NCBI GenBank assembly: GCA_977018835.1
Contig: OZ361256.1
Coordinates: 248,001-312,000, forward strand
Length of the DNA stretch: 64,000 bases
DNA from: Minutocellus sp. GHC0000111
Taxonomy: Eukaryota
Direction: 5' to 3'
Shown here: positions 49,251-60,896 of the stretch, piece after piece
Layout: every line of letters starts with the position of its first letter
Numbering within the stretch: position 1 is the stretch's first letter
Translations under genes and position numbers: made by a program
The notes under the pieces: generated by a model
What the model was told of the DNA's origin: nothing
Database searches by the model: none
The model's input: the letters and a program-made list of their open reading frames with translations, nothing else

Positions 49251-52200
49251 ATGACCGAGAAGGATCCCTCGTCCAATACTGGCGGTGCAGCCGCCGCCGC
49301 CCCGGACGCGGTCGTCGACTACGAGAAGCTGACCTTCGCCCTCCGCCCGCCCGATCGGACCCGACCGGCCCGGGCCGCCCGCCTCGCCGTGAGGGAGAGC
49401 TGCACGGTCTTTCCCAAATCGTCGTTGGCGTCGCATGGTAAGCACGGTGGCGTTGGCGCTGGTGCTGGTGCTGGTGGTGTCGATGGCAGCAGTAGCAATA
49501 ACAGCAATCACAAAAAGGACGCCGCCGCCGGTGACGATGGCCAGAGGAGGACCCCGGCCAAGAATAAGGGCGGTGGCATCCTCAAGACGCCTCGGAAGGG
49601 TGGCAATACCGATGCCAAGGCTGGCGGTGGTGCCGATGGCAGTGTCACAACTCCAACGACGTCTGCCATGGACATTGATGGCGATGATAATTACAGCACA
49701 TGTACGAACAGTGACGATGCATCAACCAACACCGACACCGCCAACATGTTCCCCTCCGACGATGCCGTGGATCGATCAGTCCAGACCATGTACGTGATGG
49801 ACGGCGAGACCGGTCGGATTGTATCGACGACGCGGGTGAGGCCCATCGTGGTGCGGGATGGACGGGTCGATGAGAAGGATGCCGATGATGATGGGGGTGA
49901 TGAGGATGAGGATGCTTCGGAAGAAATGCAAAAGACTGTTCGACACACAGGTGGATATGAGGAGGTGGTGGGCTATGAAGAGATTGAGGAAGCAGACGAC
50001 GACGATGATGGCGATGCAAAAGCTGGTGATGACGATGAAAATAATAATGCCATGGACATCGATGCCGGTGATGGCGGCGTCGGTGGGGCTTCTCCAACCA
50101 AAATGTCAACCCCGACCAAGACCGAGTCCATGGTACCCGGCGCGGTCTCCACTTCGGCATCGTCCGCCGGGGAGGACGAGGACGATGAGGAGGAAGAGGA
50201 GGATTCCGGTGACGAGGAGTACGTGCCCGGTTCCGACCCACTCACGGCGCTGCAGGATCATCTCCCTCTCGAATCGCTCCCGGGACGGCCGACCATATCG
50301 TTCCGGAGGGCCGAGGCCGATGGACGGTTGGTGGCGCTGCTCAAGAGCCGCTCGGCCATGGCGGACGATATCGTCCGTGGATTGGCCCGGTCCACTGATG
50401 AGTACAGTCGACACGTCGGAGATGGCGGTGCGTCCGCCGAGGATGGTGGCGGCGTCAAAAGCAACGGCCTTGCCTCCTTGGTCATGAAGGATGCCAACAG
50501 CGACGAAGCGGAGCTGCGCAGACGACTCCGCTTGGAGAAGAGGCGTTTGGCCATGGAACGGCCAGGGACGAGATCGTATCTGCCACCTGACCTTCACGAA
50601 GTCATGCTTGGCGACTGGGAGAGTCAGATCGACTGGGAGGGTGTCAAAGTTGAGGAGGTCGGAAGTAACGGCATCGGTGATAGCAGCAGTAGCAGCAACG
50701 GTGGTGCCAGTGCTGGCACTGTCGGTTCCAATCCCCTCGCCGCGGGAGCTGCTATCATGGCGGAGACGTTAAAATCTTCCTCTGCTCTGACTTCCGCCCG
50801 CCCACCAAGGAAAAAGTTGATGGATCCGAATGCACTACTCTCCACGCCGTACAATCCCGAGCTTGATTCTATGGACTTCACCTCGGCGGTGTCGTGGCTC
50901 GGGGCCGACGCTCCGCCAGGACACAACACAGCCCTGGCTCGATCGGTACCTCTTGTGTTGGAACGGAGCGTCGCTGGACGATCAGTAGCCCTCCCAGCCG
51001 CCGCCCCACCCGTCCGACCTTTGCCTTTTGGTGTCACCAATGTCTTTGAAGCCAGGTACGAGAGAGAACTGTCCACCGTGGCATCGCCGACGGCATCATC
51101 CCTGCCTGGCAGCTCGTTCCGCCCGGATGGCGACAAGCTTGAGGCCATCATCAAGGCCAAGCAAGAGCGAAGGCAAAAGCTCGCTACGAAGAAGAGTCAT
51201 CGTATTATGGAAGCCATGGGAACGCTTGGCCTTGGCGGTGGCAAAGGACGTACCATCACATCAAGTCTCATGGGTCCAGGTGGGACGGAACGCACTGGAC
51301 GTGTTGCCAGAGGTGCTGCAGGTGGAACCTCGGCCCACGATGCCGAGTATGTGGAACAATTGGAGATTGGTGAGTTTTGGGAGGAAGATTACCTTTTTTT
51401 GCTTTTGTATAGAGTGCTAAGTGGCTTTGCAATTGTTACCTTCAAACATACAATCTAACGAGCTATTTCCTTTCTCGGTCAATCGCCGAAACAGTCTACA
51501 ATCATTCCATGATTAAACCGGACTTTACGAAGATTCAGCTGAGGCAGTACCATCGTCCTCGACTCCCCCGAGCTCTTGTTCGGACCGATCGACAATGGCA
51601 GTTCCAGATCAAAGTTCAAACGGCCAAGTTCGGCAAGCCGATGGACCGTATAGCCGGCGCTGACGGATCTACCGTCCTTGGTTCGTATCAAAGTGCCTTC
51701 GGTGGGGCAGCTGCCTCCAAGACGGGCTCCATCCGAACCGAATCCGACTTGAGCGCGTCAGAGGGACAACTCGCCATCGTCGAGTACTGCGAAGAACGAC
51801 CCCTGCTCCAACTTCTCAAGGGACATACAGTGCGAATTGTGAATTACTACCGCGGAGACAAGGCAAAAACTCCCATTTCTGCAGGAGGAGGAGACCGGCC
51901 TGCAAGAAAGCGCCATCACGGTGACAAGGCTTCCGCCGACGACCCCAACGATGCCGGGGCCTCTGCAAAGATAGAGAAGCCACCGAGGCTAAAGGGTCCG
52001 AACCAGGCGGGCAAGAATCTTTTGCCATCTGCAGCCGACTTAATTGGTGTGAGCAAGAAGAAAAAGAAGAAAGATGGTATGTCTGGCTCTGCCGCCGTGG
52101 GGGCTTCATCCGGCGACAACAACGAGCGATTGCGAGAAGCGAACAAGGTCACTATTCTACCTGATGGTGTCACTGAGGTTCTACATCCAAAGGTTCATGG

Positions 52201-55200
52201 TCCTTTTATTGGAGAGGTGGAAGATGGAATGACGCAAACCGGTCTCGTTACGAACCTCTTCGTTGCGCCCATGTTCCGACACGAGTCTGAACCTACTGAC
52301 TTCCTCATGATTCTCGGTAAGAAACCTAGCTCAAAGCATGCGAAAGAAGGCGGAGAACCCCCAGCACTCGGCGTATGCCTCCGTCCCTTTCCGGCCAACG
52401 TTTATTCCGTCGGGCAAGTTGAGCCTCGCGTCAAGGTGTTTCAGCCCAATACGAATCAAGAGAAGAACTTTACCACTCCGTTCGTCACATATCAGATTGC
52501 CAAGGCGGTCGAATTATCAGAGTTGCGGAATGATGGAGAAGGGCTTAGCCTTGACGAGATTGGATCTCTCTTTGAGAGCAATCCCATCCCTCCCAACGCG
52601 CTTCGAATGCGCATCAAGCAAGTGGCCACCTATGACAGAGAATCGGGGCATTACACGACGAAAGCCATAGGATTTGAGGATTATCCTGGCGTCGAGGCCC
52701 TTAGCCGGCGCTTTACTCCGGAGGGTGTGGCGGCGTATGAGTCTTCTTGCGCAGCCTCTATTCGTCTAAGCGACCTCGGCCTGCAAGTCCTACACACGGG
52801 CGCCTCATCGGTCCACAGTGTTTGTGCAGCGATGGTGTTCCTCACAAGTCGGTTGAATGCTGCGCGAGAGAGAAAGAGCAAAATGGCGAAGAACCTTCAC
52901 TTTGCAAACACATCCAAAAGCAAGACTACAGCGAATCAGATCGCACTATACGAAAAGGCTGCCAAGAAGCTGGAAGATGAGTGGAAAGAAATCAAGCGAC
53001 GCCACGAGGTTGCCAAATTTATCTACGAAGAGTTGCAGTTGGCACCATGGCATCTATCCAACGAATTCATAGATGTTCACAAGAACGCACAAGGAACTGG
53101 TATGATGCGCTTGACCGGACTCGGCGATCCCAGCGGACGTGGCGAAGGATATAGTTTCATCCGCGAAAGTGATGCCAAGCCGAACAAGGGCACCGGCAAC
53201 AGCGATGGCGCTCTGAATGCGCAGATCAAGAAAATTACAGGAACCGAGAACGATCTGCGAAAGCTCACAATGAAGCAGATGGCAAGCCTTCTTCGATCTT
53301 ATGGCATGGGCCAAAAGGAGATCGACACACTCAAGCGTTGGGATCGAGTCCACGTCATCCGTGATCTATCAACAAAGGCAGCCAGTGATGGCATGGCGGA
53401 TGGACTAGTGAGTATGCATTTGTGGTGATGCTTTCAATTCATTCTTTTGCTCTTTCGTGTATTCTATATCTTACCCAACGAAATTCTCGATAATAATATC
53501 TCTATCCCACTCCGCAGGAACGATATGCTCGTGGAGAAAAAATGAAGCTCCGCGATCAAAAGCGCATGTACCAGGATCGAATCCAAGAAATCTGCCGAAG
53601 GCAGCGTGCGGCACTATCCGCCGATGCTGTTACGCGCGGAGGTGGCGAGGCAGGTGAGGTAGCAGATGGCGACGAGGGCAAGGAGGCAGCGGCAGTTGAC
53701 AAGAAGCTTGACGAGGAGATGAAGGCTGCCGAATCTGATGACTCCGATTACGACGACGATCTTGCGGCAGCATTCGAGGAGGACCTCATGGATGTCAAGG
53801 AAACAAGCGAGCTTGTCACCGCCCAAATTCGTGGTACTGGCGACGAGACGGCTTTCCGAGCCATGGGAGGCAGGACAAAGGAGGATCGGCAGGACCTTAG
53901 CAAGGACGCCAGGGAACTTGCTGCACTTAAGCGCCAGCGCCAAGAGGAGAGAGAAGCACAAGGCCTCATTGGCAATACAGAGAAGGGCGAAGCATCTGCC
54001 CCCCAGCGTTCGCTGGCTGGTAGAAAAGTCATCAGGAGAAGGATCACCAAGACCCACCCGGATGGATCGCAAACAACAACATTCAAGTTCATCGTTTTGC
54101 CTACGGAGGTCGAAAAGGTTCTCGAAGCCAAGAAAGCAAAGGAGGAGCAAACCAAGGCGACCGAGAAGAAGAAGCGCAGATCGAGGCACCGCTTCGACGC
54201 AGCCAAGTTTGAAGATGACGGCGGCGAGAATATTGTTGGGCACGCCATTTTTGAAGACGACGATGACGATGAGAATCGTGGCGGTGGTATCAAGATTAAG
54301 GTCCAGCGTCGGACGGTGAAAAAGAAGGGTGGTGGCACGGCATCATCACCCCCTAAAAGCAGCCTTTCTGCTTACAGCAAGCCGAAAACGTCTACGGTGG
54401 CCAAGTCGTTGGGAAAGACAACGGTGGGTGGTAAGGGCAAGAAGAAGCGCAAGCGTGAAGAAGAGGAAGATGACTTTTACGAAAGCAAATACTTGAAGAA
54501 GGGCAACAGCAATCGAAGAGAGAGAGGATCTGCGAGAGAAAGAATGCCTCATGTTATTTTCGCCGACCGCTTGGAAGGTATCCGCGCAACTGTCGAGCGT
54601 CGGCCCAACAGTGGCGCATTTCACCGGCCTGTCAGCCGTCGAGACATTCCGAGATACTATGAAGTCGTTAGCCAGCCTATTAGCCTCATGGAGATCGGTG
54701 ATAGAATCTCCAAATACTCTTACAAGACTGCGGATGCAATGGTGGCAGATTTCGATCTTATGGTGAGACTTTACTGTGTCGAGGGCATACTTTATCGAGA
54801 CATGTGTAGCTAGCTCTTTTTCTTTGATCTTCGAATCTAACCATTCTCACCTCTCGTTGCCCCTCCCTCCCCCCGCCACATCTTTTCTTAGAAAAACAAC
54901 GCAATCAAGTTCAACGGCGCCGAGAGTGGCCTTGCCAAGGAGGCCATGTCCATCTACGATTATGTCAAGAGCGTCGTAATCGACAACAGGGCCGAGTTTG
55001 ATGCTATGGAAGAGGCAGTGGATGACCAGATGAGCGGAAAGAAAAAGAAGAAAAAGAAAACCAAGGCTTCGTCCAAGCAGTCCGAGGCGGCTGGAGCTGG
55101 AGGTGGCTCGGGTAAGATGGCTGACATCGTCCTCGATGGTGTCAAAACAAGTGTCGATGTAGGAGATCTCGACAACTTCAACTTTGACGCCGAGAGCGAC

Positions 55201-55239
55201 AGTGACGACGACGATGTCATCGGGAAGCTGAATTTGTAG
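49251..55239 (+). CDS. TAF1: TFIID subunit 1 (exons 49251-51369, 51495-53407, 53518-54762, 54892-55239)
   Basis: Motifs LRQYHRP, EYCEERP, TNLFVAPMFRH..EPTDFL, VGQVEP, LAPW, G.GDPSGRGEGYSF, TGTENDLRKL, LKRWDRV, and a C-terminal bromodomain (FHRPV..YY..V..PI.L...N..KFNG). Three in-frame GT..AG introns. Confidence 0.93.
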
Positions 55240-55519
55240 ATAACGGTTGCAGACGAGAGCGGCCGTTGTTGTTGTACTAGTAGCGACGTAGCTAAGTACC
55301 TAGGGTATGGCTCTCAGTATCTACTCTCTATCAACATTACTACGGGCATTCTTTGCTGATTTGTAATATATATACTACGTAGTAGACTAGACTCAAGTAA
55401 TGAGTAGATCTGTATTTCCTCAGTAGCAGCTGCCTATTACTGTAGCAAACCGGAAGAATGGCGAAGTGCTACATGTCGGTTCGGTACTAATAGACTTCTA
55501 CATGTAGTAAGCGAAGCGA

Positions 55520-57321
55520 TCAAATGAGCACAGAATCAAACTCCATGTCATCTCCGTTACCTCCATCTTTGTCGTATCCTAGAATAACCAAAAGTTCATC
55601 GTGATCCTCCTCATCGTCACTGTCTAGATCAAATAGGACAGTGATATCATCAAAGTACGCCGACCTACCACTACCTTTGCCACTCCCGGTGACAGCCTTG
55701 GCAGCCAAATCACCAAGGCCAGTGAAGACACTCTCCATGTACTTGTCGGAGGCAGTACCATCATACGTCTTCAACATGAGCAGCTTGGTTCCTACACACT
55801 GGTTGAGGAATGACATGGTGTTCTGATACATGAGAACATCCACCACGGTCTGAGTGTCGCTGTAATCCACATTCGAGCAAGTGTGCTCATGGATGAAGGT
55901 AGAAGCGGTAAGCATCGTCAATGCAATCATGGCGTTGGTCTTGCGGGCTTGAGTATTGAAATAGCGTCGGCTGCGCACTGTAACTGGCTCACTGTCAGGC
56001 TTGTTCGAAGATCCGTGCTTTTCCATGCTCTCCCAGTGCTCATCAGACAGATGGTGTACCTCCAAACGAATTCGAAGAAAGGATTCCATGAGCTTCGTCT
56101 TGTCGAAATGAGTGTTGTTCTCATCGTCGAAGCCCTTTCTGAAACTCTTGAGAAGATCATTGGTATCCTCCGGAGTAGATCCTTCATCGAAATTGAGGAT
56201 CGTCAGAACATCTCGAGAAACAATGGGATCCTTTCCGGCTGTCAAATCCTCGATATCAAGCGAATTGAACATTCCGCACCCGACGGCGCAATGGACCATG
56301 GTCAAGAGGTAACTCTTGGTGGCTACATTCATAGTGAGAAAGTGCTTGGCTAGATTCTTGGGAGTTTGGTTGGTCGGCAGATCGAATAGGCCGGAGTCCT
56401 TGGCCTGCACGACGGCGCTCTTGACCTCCTGGCGAGTGTGGCTCTCTGCAACAGTTGGAATGCACAGCTCCTCTAGATCAATCGCCAAAGCAGCCAGGGA
56501 GGTGAAGCTAACCGGTAACCACGCCTTGTCTCCAGTATCAAGGAAAGACACAGCTGATTTCATCCCCAAATCGTAGAGATCGATCGCATCCTGGATCATC
56601 ATCCGGATGCATTCATCTACTGGTTCGCTCATGCTGTCTTCGAAGAACCATTCCATCGTTGTCTCCGTTTGTTCCATCAAGGAGGGTAGTCGGACGAGCA
56701 GGTATGGAGTGTCATGTCCATCATTGCTGCTCTGGTTGAGATAGTCATCTCGCTTGCCACGCATTTCTGCCAGATACTCCCTCGCTTTCGCCAACTTGGC
56801 ATCTCGAGACAAGACAATTGGTGGTGGATCCTTCTTCGCCGATTCGTCCTGCTGCTCGAACTCCAGCTCTCCACCATCCTCATTACTACGTGACGCCGAC
56901 TCGCTGTCTCTTACATTCTGTTCCTGTTCGTCGGCGCGGCGGATAGACTGGCTCTTCTTGGATGTGGTTGCCCGGGAGACCCGCTTCTCATTCTGGCCGT
57001 TGTTGGCGCCATTGCCACTGCTCTCGTCCCCAGTAGAAGTAGATCTAGATGCAGCCTTCCTCTTCCTGGTGGCAAAGGACACCGTGCACCTTCTTCTAAT
57101 GTCCTCCATCTGCTCTGGAGAAAGTCCGCCGGAACTGGCTATATCGAGCCACCCCGAGAGGACGTCGTTGTTGAGTTTTTCCTCCACAGACCGGAGTCCA
57201 CCACCACCGCTCTCTGACAATAGCTCGTATTTGGCTACTAATTCTTCGATCTTGGAGCTATCACCGCTCACGGTACTAGTAAGAGTTCCTGCATGAGGCC
57301 TCGTTTTTCAAATAAACTCAT
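55520..57321 (-). CDS. Uncharacterised protein of about 600 aa; start region apparently frameshifted
   Basis: 583-codon open frame from GTG 57271. The nearest upstream ATGs (57321, MSLFEKRGLMQELLLVP, and 57294) are in another frame that stops just as this one begins. Confidence 0.6.
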
Positions 57322-57333
57322 CTCTCGCTAAAT

Positions 57334-57650
57334 TATTGTTGTTCCACGATTTCGTCCTTCGAGCAGTGAGAGTGTCAAAGTCCCCCATTTTGACTAGGCA
57401 TGCGAGAATTACTCCTCCGTGATCAACCTCATTCAACAAATATTGTGACGCTAAACGACGAATCAAGGAGAGGTGCTCTTTAGCTCGTTTTGATTGGAAA
57501 GGGACCAGCACAATACCTGTAAATCACGTCACGGAATTTTCTGAATGAGGCGTTTCGCTTATCGTAGGGCTAGTCAAAATGAAGACTTGACACGCACGAT
57601 CGAAAACATCGAACGACCATGGCGAAGGACGAAATCGTGGAACAACAATA
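57334..57650. mobile_element. 317-bp fold-back MITE (family B), probable TA target duplication
   Basis: Perfect 28-bp inverted repeat TATTGTTGTTCCACGATTTCGTCCTTCG (57334-57361 and 57623-57650), plus nested inner inverted repeats. Confidence 0.8.
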
Positions 57651-57668
57651 GCAAGTCGAAAACCTCAC

Positions 57669-59038
57669 TTATTGTCGAACTATTTTTGCAGTAAACCTCT
57701 CGAGATTTCCTCTCTTTTGTTTCTTTGCCTCTGGCTCCTCCTCCCCAACTCTTTCCGTATCACCTTCCCGTTCACTACCACCACTACCACGATCAACACC
57801 ACCATTCTCTTTCGTCCATTCAATACAAACATTTCCACTCGTATCTTTTTCCTCTTGAATCACAGTCAATGGCACCGCAACGTTTATTCTTTCGTTTGAA
57901 CCACACCCGCCCATTGGCCAGCTGAATACATCACATTCCAATCCTATGGATGGGACAGTTATGGAATTACTGTCGCACCGATGGTCAGCTTTGTCTTTTT
58001 CCTTAGATTCCCTTGAATTCGCTTCAAAAAGGATGGGTTGCTCATCATCCTTCGAGGAACTCAATTTATCAATCATACCTTCAGGAAATAGCTGCACGTT
58101 GATTGGTATAAAGTTCAGCCAAATATTGACGAGGAATGTAACTCTGCGATGTCTTCTTTGTACTACATGCTTTGCTTTCTCATCGCTAATGCCAGTCAGA
58201 TCACATTTGCATTGCTCGGCAAACTCTCCACGCTTTAGTAAATCACCGGGTGCTGCGTGTAACATACGTCCATCAAAGCTTAGATGCTTTCCTTGCTTCG
58301 GCCAGCTAATATATGCAGTTGAATTTTCACCTTGACAATTGGGCTCAATGTATGCTCCAGTAGTCGGGTCGACGCGGTAATTCAAGGCAGCTGTCGGAGC
58401 ACCAAGATCAGTCAAATACGTAACAGTCGATAGATGAGGGTGGATGTACAAATTGCCTCCCATTGCCAGCCGCAAATCTTCATCCTTGTCCCAGTGAAAT
58501 GATATGCCGCTCTTGCTCATGTCATCATCTTTCCCATTGCTATTGTCATTCTCTCCACTTGTTGACGAAGACGAAGCATCGGCAAGCATCGGCAAGCATC
58601 GGCAAGCATCGAGTAACGCCCCGCCGCGGACGATGGGCGAATCTGTACCCACCACTCGGCCCCCGATGTACTTTTGTCATATGAGTAGCCCTCCGCCGGC
58701 ACATGCTTATGAAAAACTTCCATCGCCATTTGCTCCAGCCGACATCTCGGTTTCATGCCCTCTGCAGGCATCCAGAATGTGCGCGGCAAAAGGGCGCAAT
58801 CTGCAATCTCTGCATCAAAGAGCAAATCGTCCAGTAGATCTGATGCCTTTGCACCGGAAACATCGGCAAGCATCGTCAGAACCGTCTTGCTGGAGTAATC
58901 GACGGATGAATGAAGAGATGACGAAGTAGTGGAAGACGGAGTTGTTACAACTGCTGGGTCATACGTCGTTCGACCGTCTTGGTCCAGCCGAAGAGACAGC
59001 TCTACCGATTCCTCCTGTCCGCCTCCTTCTTCTGACAT
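57669..59038 (-). pseudogene. 2OG-Fe(II) oxygenase-like protein, frameshifted by a 10-bp repeat
   Basis: GAEWWVQIR in one frame. FHWDKDE, HPHLSTVTYL, GKHLSFDGRMLH and RVTFLVNIW (HxD...H...R) in another. The switch is at (GATGCTTGCC)3, 58581-58610. Confidence 0.75.
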
Positions 59039-59374
59039 TCTGTCATAAAGATGCCAAGGATTGAATGCACTGCCTTCCCAGAGAGCCTCCTGAGACGTCA
59101 AATGAGTGGGTGGCAGGCCCAAGTGGCGGGGAGCGAAGGAGTCGAGTAAGTCCAATCATTACCGCTGCAGCAGACCTGAAGCAGAGGAAGCAAAGAGGCA
59201 AGGCGGGCAGCAAACGTTGTCTTCGCACGCTACCTACTGTTACGTAGCACGATAAATTCATTCCAGATTCCAGATGGCGGCTGGAACGCTGACTCGACTC
59301 GACATTAAAACATTATTCTCTACCGGTAATTAAGAGGTCAGGACTTTCTCTCTCGACATGTGACGTACGATTGT

Positions 59375-60804
59375 AGAGTGATTCCACGGGACCGCCGACA
59401 AAATCGCCGTAAATTGTAAGGCACTAGGAAATTCTTTTGTGCGATACTTTATGCAGCGCAAAAATGAACCCACTAAATGGCCTCTCTCAACACGGCGAAA
59501 GCAAGGAGAATTCATCTCCACAAGAAGGCCACCAAATGATGGTATAACGATAAATAACTCCAAGCCAACCGATGTATACGCCAACTACATGCGTTAGGTG
59601 AGTATTGCATACTTGAAAGCAAACTCATTCGTACATCATGTGCTATTTTAGCAACATCTCCTCATGCCCAGAAATTTTCAATATTGTTTTACCCTCAAAA
59701 TGGCAAAGAATGATGGCTGATGCTTGTCTACATCCATTTCAATCCTCTCTGACCGGCATTACTTTCACTTGGGTAATATTGGGAGCAAGTTTGCGCCAGA
59801 GGGTCGATATTGGGCCCCATCTTTGTATCATTGTGGCCGTCACCATGGAAAGCAAAAACATCTGAAAGTAGCAAATCCCCAACTACAACCCCCTTCAAGC
59901 CTCAACCACTGTTCCTTCACGCAATATCAGCACGCACGATGCTCATTCTATATTACATCCATCGATCTCACGTGTTGGTTTGGCCGCTTTCTCCGGTTTC
60001 GTTCCTCTCGGGCGGCAGAAGCAATGAAGGTGAAATCTGGTGCCGACATCAGACACGGGACTTTGGGAATAGTTTTCTCTATGAATTCTCGCTTGGTATA
60101 TATATGGGTGAAGCGTCGACGGCTCAGTGCAACGGAAGTGGTGCATGGACCGCATAAAAGCATCCGGACCAACTTTCGGATGGGTGGTGTAATGGGGGTG
60201 GTAATGGCGCTGGGCCACATTTCGCGGTACAGGCACGCACCGACGCACCGCTATCGCCCAAAAATCCCTTCCAGTAATATTCAGGAAGGCATCTAGGTGG
60301 TCAGAGTGTATGCGATGGCCGGGGTGGTGCTGTACATCGGGCGAACATGGTCGTTATGGAACGTCGGAAACTGTCGAAAAAATCGGGTCTAACGCGAACG
60401 AATTGTAATTGCAAGTCTCCTGCTGCACCACAGTGTTGTGAAAGGCTATTACAAGGGTATGGTGCCCCGTAGTCTTGATTGTTCTCAATGGGAGGCACGT
60501 CGGCGACACATGTTGTGGCCCCATTCGTTGAACGAAATGGGTTTTGTTTCGTTATAAAGTTTGATGTATTTTTTCTTTCTTGAAACAGCACAAGTGTATT
60601 CTACGACATAAAAATAAATTTTCAAACAATAGTGTACCAAAAGAAACACTCTAATACCGCACCAAGATCATTGTACCAACTTCCTTTTATTGTTGATTAT
60701 GGTCTACAATACCCTTCTGAGTAAGGATCATCAATAAAAGGAAGTTGGTACAATGTTTACGAAACATCGCGGAGGGGGTGTCTGCTCTCTCGTGAAATCA
60801 CTCT
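59375..60804 (+). mobile_element. Family A subtype II, 1,430-bp copy A4 with GT/GT flanking duplication
   Basis: GT-AGAGTGATTCCAC...GTGAAATCACTCT-GT. Near-identical to A3 except net 30-bp (about 60087) and 24-bp (about 60659) deletions. Confidence 0.93.
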
Positions 60805-60896
60805 GTAGCGAGCGCTAAACCTACCTACTAGATCTAGCTAGCTAGATCTAGGTACGTGTAATTGTGCGATGGTATTTCAACGACCATGGATTTCCC

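Noticed and set aside
47216..50597. Long antisense or alternate-frame ORFs over Sec24 and TAF1 (similarly over 8944-10120 and RecQ)
   Set aside because: Shadow frames of GC-rich, low-complexity coding sequence.
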